NCBI GenBank assembly: GCA_035285125.1
Contig: JAYKHR010000165.1
Span: 32,001-96,000 of the forward strand
Length of the DNA: 64,000 bases
Direction of reading: 5' to 3'
Origin: Candidatus Sericytochromatia bacterium
GTDB taxonomy: Bacteria; Cyanobacteriota; Sericytochromatia; S15B-MN24; JAQBPE01
In this document: one piece after another, positions 59,697 through 64,000 of the stretch
Position numbering within the stretch: position 1 is the stretch's first letter
Layout of the letters: each line of letters starts with the position of its first letter
Notes under the pieces: model-generated
What the model was told of the DNA's origin: nothing
The model's input: the letters and a program-made list of their open reading frames with translations, nothing else
Database searches by the model: none
Position numbers and translations under genes: made by a program

Positions 59697-60689
59697 ATGC
59701 GACCGGCCAACTCGGGTTCCTACAACATCGCAGGCGGGGCTGCCAGGCCGCGACAGACGCTTCGGGCTGCCGCGCTCGGGGCCATCTGGGTGGCGGGATG
59801 CGCGGCCCCCGGCGGATTCGCCGGCGTGGAGCCCGCGCCCACGCCGACGCCGGAGGCCACCCCCATCCCCGGCCGCACCGGGCCGCGGCTGCAAGGCACC
59901 GTGAAGCTCCAGGGCCGGGTGATGCCCGGCGTGCAGCTGCGCGCCTTCGACCTGGCCTCGGGCGCGGGGGTGCCGCTCACGTTCCGCGCGCAGGCCGCCC
60001 CAGCGTCCTATGCCTTGCTGCAAGCGATCCCCACCACGACGGCCGTCGGAGGATTCAACTTCGCCCTCCCCGCCGTGGCGCCGGAACGCGTCTTGAAGCT
60101 GGTCGCCACGCAGGGCGACCGCACCTGGATCGGCCTGTGGCTGAGCCCCCCCGATCCCCCCCCACAGGGCGCGACGCTGCGGCTGACCGCCACCAGCACG
60201 GTGCTGGCCAGGTGTGTGGAAGGGGTGCTGAAGCTCGGGTTCCGCCTCGGCCCGGCCCGACGGGGCCAGGCCAGCCGGCGAACGCTCGCCCGCCTCGAGG
60301 CCCTCACGCCGGGGCTGGAGACCAGCTTCACCCGCGCGCCCAACAGCGAGCCGCTGGCCCTGCTCAGCGGCAACGTGCCGGGCACCGAGGAGCTGGCGCT
60401 GCACAAGGCCCTGCGCGACATCGGCGCGGATGCGGCCCTCGCCAGCGAGACCACCGCCCTGATGCAAGCCGTGGCGGCCGACCTGGCAGCCGACACCCCC
60501 GATGCCGGCGGGCTGTTTCCGCTGCAGGGAATCGACTTCCCCATCGGAAGGTTCACGCAGGCCTCGGATGGCACCTTCACCTGGGAGGGTCCCGGCGGCG
60601 CGGTGGTCACCGGCAAGGCTGGCCGCCCCGACAGCCCGCTGGTCCCGTTGCTGCCGTCTCCACCCTCAACGAAGCTGGTGATGCCATGA
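59697..60689 (+). CDS. Orphan lipoprotein (member 5), paralog of 56185
   Basis: VAG-C lipobox; 'LQGTVKL','RAFDLASG','LKLVA','LRLTATST','EGVLK','DFPIGR','DGTF' all shared with 56185. Confidence 0.75.
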   Translation: MRPANSGSYNIAGGAARPRQTLRAAALGAIWVAGCAAPGGFAGVEPAPTPTPEATPIPGRTGPRLQGTVKLQGRVMPGVQLRAFDLASGAGVPLTFRAQAAPASYALLQAIPTTTAVGGFNFALPAVAPERVLKLVATQGDRTWIGLWLSPPDPPPQGATLRLTATSTVLARCVEGVLKLGFRLGPARRGQASRRTLARLEALTPGLETSFTRAPNSEPLALLSGNVPGTEELALHKALRDIGADAALASETTALMQAVAADLAADTPDAGGLFPLQGIDFPIGRFTQASDGTFTWEGPGGAVVTGKAGRPDSPLVPLLPSPPSTKLVMP

Positions 60690-61180
60690 AGCGCCCCCCC
60701 CTGTTGCTCGTGGTGGGCTTCCTAGCCTTGGCCGCAGGCTGCGCCCACCGGGGCCTGGCCGGCCCCCCGGGGCTCGCGTCCGGGGCCGTGACCGTCACCG
60801 GACGCGCCGCCGTGGCATCCCCCACGGCCGGCCTGCTGGACCCCTACACGGCGACGGACGTGGCCTCGGTGAGCGTCTCGGTCTGGCCGGCGCGCGGCGG
60901 CGTGGCCGAGCCCCTGGAGGCCGGCGAGGGGGCAGCCATCGACCTCGGCGGCGTGATGGGGCTGGACTCCCCGATCGCGATCGGCAACCTGGCCGGTCAG
61001 GCCCGCTACAAGGTACGGGTCAGGGCCTTCGACTGGACGGGGCTGCGAATCGACGACGGCAGCACCGGCTGCATCACGCTCCTGTCCCCCGCCGCGCTGG
61101 AGCCCGGCGACGACGTCCCGCTGCGCGTGCGGCTGGGCGACAAGGCCACCTGGGCCGACGGGCCGGCAGCCCCCCGCTGA
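60686..61180 (+). CDS. Orphan lipoprotein (member 6), single beta-sandwich domain
   Basis: AAG-C lipobox; ATGA overlap with upstream gene; 'YTATDVASVSV','GNL....RY.VRVRAFD'. Confidence 0.7.
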   Translation: MKRPPLLLVVGFLALAAGCAHRGLAGPPGLASGAVTVTGRAAVASPTAGLLDPYTATDVASVSVSVWPARGGVAEPLEAGEGAAIDLGGVMGLDSPIAIGNLAGQARYKVRVRAFDWTGLRIDDGSTGCITLLSPAALEPGDDVPLRVRLGDKATWADGPAAPR

Positions 61181-61274
61181 GCCACTGCCTCCCTGTTGCC
61201 GCGACGGGCCCTCGCCACCAAGATGGCGCCAAGGGATGCCGGGTGGTGTCGACCCGGCCGAAAGGAGCGCGAGG

Positions 61275-61562
61275 ATGCGGAGCAGCGTGATCAAGCAGGT
61301 GGGGCACCTGGCCTTCGGCGCCGGCGTGGCGTCGGTGGTGGTCTCGGGCCTGACCTACCTGGCGGGACGGGGACAGCCCGAGTCGGGCAAGCGCAGCACC
61401 GGGCAGTTCATCGGCCTCTGGGCGCCCACGCTGTTCATGCTGGCTGAGATGCTCGACCGCGTGGCCGAGCAGGACGAGAGCTACATGGGCGTGCCGATCC
61501 GCCGAGACCTCGACCGGGTGCAGGCCGAGCCCCGCGACGTGCTGGAGGCCCTCCAGCGGTGA
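61275..61562 (+). CDS. Small membrane protein with a G.FIG.WAPT motif
   Basis: Two hydrophobic segments; AAGGAG/GAGG RBS. Confidence 0.65.
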   Translation: MRSSVIKQVGHLAFGAGVASVVVSGLTYLAGRGQPESGKRSTGQFIGLWAPTLFMLAEMLDRVAEQDESYMGVPIRRDLDRVQAEPRDVLEALQR

Positions 61563-61575
61563 GCGCCCGGGGGCG

Positions 61576-62892
61576 TCAGGCGCGGGTCGTCGACGCCCCC
61601 ACCACCGTCGTCAGCGCACGGCGCAGCGCCTCGACGAGCCGCTCGCAGTCGGCGCGCGTGATCACCATCGGCGGCTGCAGCCGCAGCACGTTGCCGTGCA
61701 GCCCGCCGCGGCCGACGATGACGCCATCGTCCTTCATGAGCTCGAGCACGCACTTGGTGGTGGCCATGTCAGGCGCCTTGCTGCGAGGATCCGCGACAAT
61801 CTCGACGCCGATCATCAGGCCCCTGCCGCGCACGTCGCCCACGACGGGGAACTGTTCCTGCACCCCGCGCAGGCCATCCATCAGGAAGGCCCCGAGCTCA
61901 ACGGCCCGCTGCATCAGCTGGTGCCGCCCGATGTAATCGATGGTGGCGAGGCTCGCGGCCGCCGAGACGGGGTTGCCGCCGAAGGTGTTGATGGTGCCGG
62001 CCGTGAGGCTGTCCGCAATCTCCGGCGTGGTGATGCACCCGCCGATGGCGAAGCCGTTGCCCATGCCCTTCGCCATCGTCACGATGTCCGGCTCGACCCC
62101 GTATTGCTCGATGCCGAACCAGGTCCCCGTTCGCCCGAAGCCGGCCTGCACCTCGTCGATGTGGAACACCATCCCGTAGCGGTTGGCGATCTCGCGCGTG
62201 ACCTTGAAGTAGTCGGGCGGGGGCGTGACGATGCCCCCCACCCCCTGGATCGTCTCGGCGACGAAGGCCGCCGGCGCCCCCGTGGTCTCAGTCTTGATCA
62301 CGGTCTCGAGGTCTCGGGCACACTCCAAATCACACGACGTCGGCACCTTGCCGAACGGGCAGCGGTAGCAGTAAGGGTTCTCGGCGAAGGAGATGCCCGG
62401 CACGGCGATGGGGTCGACGCGGTACGAGGCGATCGCCGTCATGCTCGCCGCCAGCCACGAGCGGCCGTGGTAGGCGTGCTTGAGGGCCACGATCTCGTTG
62501 CGCCCCGTGAAGCGCTTGGCAAGGAGCACGGCCGTCTCGTTGGCCTCCGTGCCGCTGTTGGTGATGATGCTCTTCTGCAGCCGCCCGGGCGTGATATGCG
62601 CCAGGCGCTCGGCGAGGTTCACCATCGGCTCCGTGAGGAAGACGGTGCTGGTGTGCTGCAACCGGCCGACCTGGTCGATCACCTGGGCGTTGACCTCCGG
62701 GTTGGAGTGGCCCACGGAGACGGTGCAGATGCCGGCGAAGAAATCGAGGTACGTCCGCCCCTCGCTGTCGTGGAGGTGCTGCATCTCGCCGCGGACCAGG
62801 TTCATCGGCCGGTCGTAGTAGTGGGCGAGGGTGGGGGCCATGTAGTGCCTGCGCTTGGCTAGCAGGTCCTCTGGGGTCATGGCGTCGCTCAC
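61576..62892 (-). CDS. Class III PLP aminotransferase (alanine-glyoxylate AGXT2-like)
   Basis: YLDFFAGI.TVSVGH, NSGTEANE, AYHG, ETIQGVGG, DEVQAGFGRTG, MAKG.GNG, RLQPP. Confidence 0.93.
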   Translation of the reverse strand: MSDAMTPEDLLAKRRHYMAPTLAHYYDRPMNLVRGEMQHLHDSEGRTYLDFFAGICTVSVGHSNPEVNAQVIDQVGRLQHTSTVFLTEPMVNLAERLAHITPGRLQKSIITNSGTEANETAVLLAKRFTGRNEIVALKHAYHGRSWLAASMTAIASYRVDPIAVPGISFAENPYCYRCPFGKVPTSCDLECARDLETVIKTETTGAPAAFVAETIQGVGGIVTPPPDYFKVTREIANRYGMVFHIDEVQAGFGRTGTWFGIEQYGVEPDIVTMAKGMGNGFAIGGCITTPEIADSLTAGTINTFGGNPVSAAASLATIDYIGRHQLMQRAVELGAFLMDGLRGVQEQFPVVGDVRGRGLMIGVEIVADPRSKAPDMATTKCVLELMKDDGVIVGRGGLHGNVLRLQPPMVITRADCERLVEALRRALTTVVGASTTRA

Positions 62893-62987
62893 AGCGTCTC
62901 CCTCCACGACGGGCGTCGGTTCGCCAGGCAGCGCCCCGACCCTCGGTCCTCTCCCAACGACATAATACCACGGGCTCGTCCCGACAT

Positions 62988-64000
62988 TCAGGGCTCGCCT
63001 GCCCGGGCGGGCGTCGCTGCGCCCGTGCACGCCCCGAAGGCAGCGTCATCGACGCGGAGCAGCCCGAACAGCCCGCCCGGCGCGAGCCAGCTCGGCGCGA
63101 AGGCGTCGGGGCAGGCCCGCAGCAGGGGGTTGAACGACACGGCCGTGACGTTGGGCGCCTGGTCCGTGCTTGGCGTCAGGGCGAGGTAACCCACCGGGTG
63201 GTCGCGCAGGAAGTGGGCGGTGTCCCCTGCCGGCAGCGGCGCAAAGGTGCCCGCCGCGTCGACGACGAGCGGCAAGCTGTACCCCTGGCGGCCGGTGTAG
63301 AGCCAGATCATCACGTGGTGCTGGCTCAGCACGCGCCCGCGGGGCGGCACGTGAGACCGCACGGCGGCAAACAGGCGATCCCAGTCCGCCTTGCGAACCA
63401 GCAGCGCCTGGCGCCCCGGTCCGAACAGCGCCTGGCCCACGGGGTGCAGGTGGAAGGACCACGCCGAGAGCGCGATGGCGGCGACGAGGCCCACGCCGCC
63501 GACCCAGCGCACCCAGGCCTGAACCCGACCCCCGCGCCAGGCCAGCCGGCCCAGGCCCCAGGCCGCGATGGCGAGCGCCGGCGCGGCGGGGAAGAGGAAG
63601 CGGGCCTGCACGCCAGGCGCAAACTGCACGAAGCCGAGCGACCAGACCAGGCTCATCCCCACCGTCGCCGCCGCGAAGGCCGCCGGCAACTCGGTGCCGG
63701 GGGCGAAGCCCGCCGGCCGCCAGAGCCATCGCCCCGTGCCCACCAGCGCCACGCCTGCGACCACGGCCGCCACGGCCACCGCCCAGCCGCCACCGAAGCC
63801 CTTGAGGGGCCACAAACACGCCGCGAGGTCGCCTCCCACCAGCTGCCCCACCACCATGCTCACCCGCGCCAGCCACCCGTCGACGCCCTGAGGCATCGTC
63901 GCGGCGAAGGTGGCGCCGTAGCTTGCGGCCCCACGCTGCGCGTCATAGGCCATCCAGCCGCCGACCAGGGTCACCACCGGCACGGCCGCCGGCCAGGCCT
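62988..64000 (-). CDS. Polytopic membrane protein, possibly GT-C/ArnT-like C-terminal part (5' outside window)
   Basis: Several TM helices, 'RFLFP' motif, C-terminal soluble domain; frame open to the window edge. Confidence 0.5.
   Translation of the reverse strand, partial: AWPAAVPVVTLVGGWMAYDAQRGAASYGATFAATMPQGVDGWLARVSMVVGQLVGGDLAACLWPLKGFGGGWAVAVAAVVAGVALVGTGRWLWRPAGFAPGTELPAAFAAATVGMSLVWSLGFVQFAPGVQARFLFPAAPALAIAAWGLGRLAWRGGRVQAWVRWVGGVGLVAAIALSAWSFHLHPVGQALFGPGRQALLVRKADWDRLFAAVRSHVPPRGRVLSQHHVMIWLYTGRQGYSLPLVVDAAGTFAPLPAGDTAHFLRDHPVGYLALTPSTDQAPNVTAVSFNPLLRACPDAFAPSWLAPGGLFGLLRVDDAAFGACTGAATPARAGEP

Noticed and set aside
59798..60685. 460-aa ORF 59798-61180 as a single gene or a frameshift fusion
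   Set aside because: Its first ~300 codons overlap the real 59697 gene out of frame; the true start is ATG 60686 with its own signal peptide

Overview
Very GC-rich, gene-dense bacterial chromosome segment with about 60 CDS. I found no rRNA, tRNA, CRISPR array or mobile element. It combines a diderm envelope (lptC-A-B-FG with a single permease) with Terrabacteria-type gene orders (remA-gmk-rpoZ-coaBC; gap-pgk-tpiA-gpmI; holB-ricT; rpsA next to a PDZ/DUF512 radical SAM gene; a lone gatC) and many orphan lipoproteins. My best guess, by inference only, is a non-photosynthetic Cyanobacteria relative such as Sericytochromatia. Highlights: (1) 26035-31545 (-), a tightly coupled three-gene operon resembling a rewired ComQXP peptide-signalling system: an HExxH zinc-metalloprotease protein with two NHLP-leader-like repeats, a ComQ-like prenyltransferase, and a ComP-like PDZ/multi-TM sensor whose output is GAF+PP2C phosphatase rather than a kinase; (2) 55480-61180 (+), six tandem orphan lipoproteins with a shared Y/F-x-L-x-Q-type motif and a layout reminiscent of type V pilins; (3) TTAAC-like direct repeats phased at 11 bp in the AT-rich intergenic regions, a candidate OmpR-family regulon; (4) two small membrane-peptide ORFs missed by the ORF track, one beside a perfect CRP-type palindrome; (5) a highly structured intergenic element upstream of rpsA. 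All annotations come from motif recognition by eye; no searches were run.
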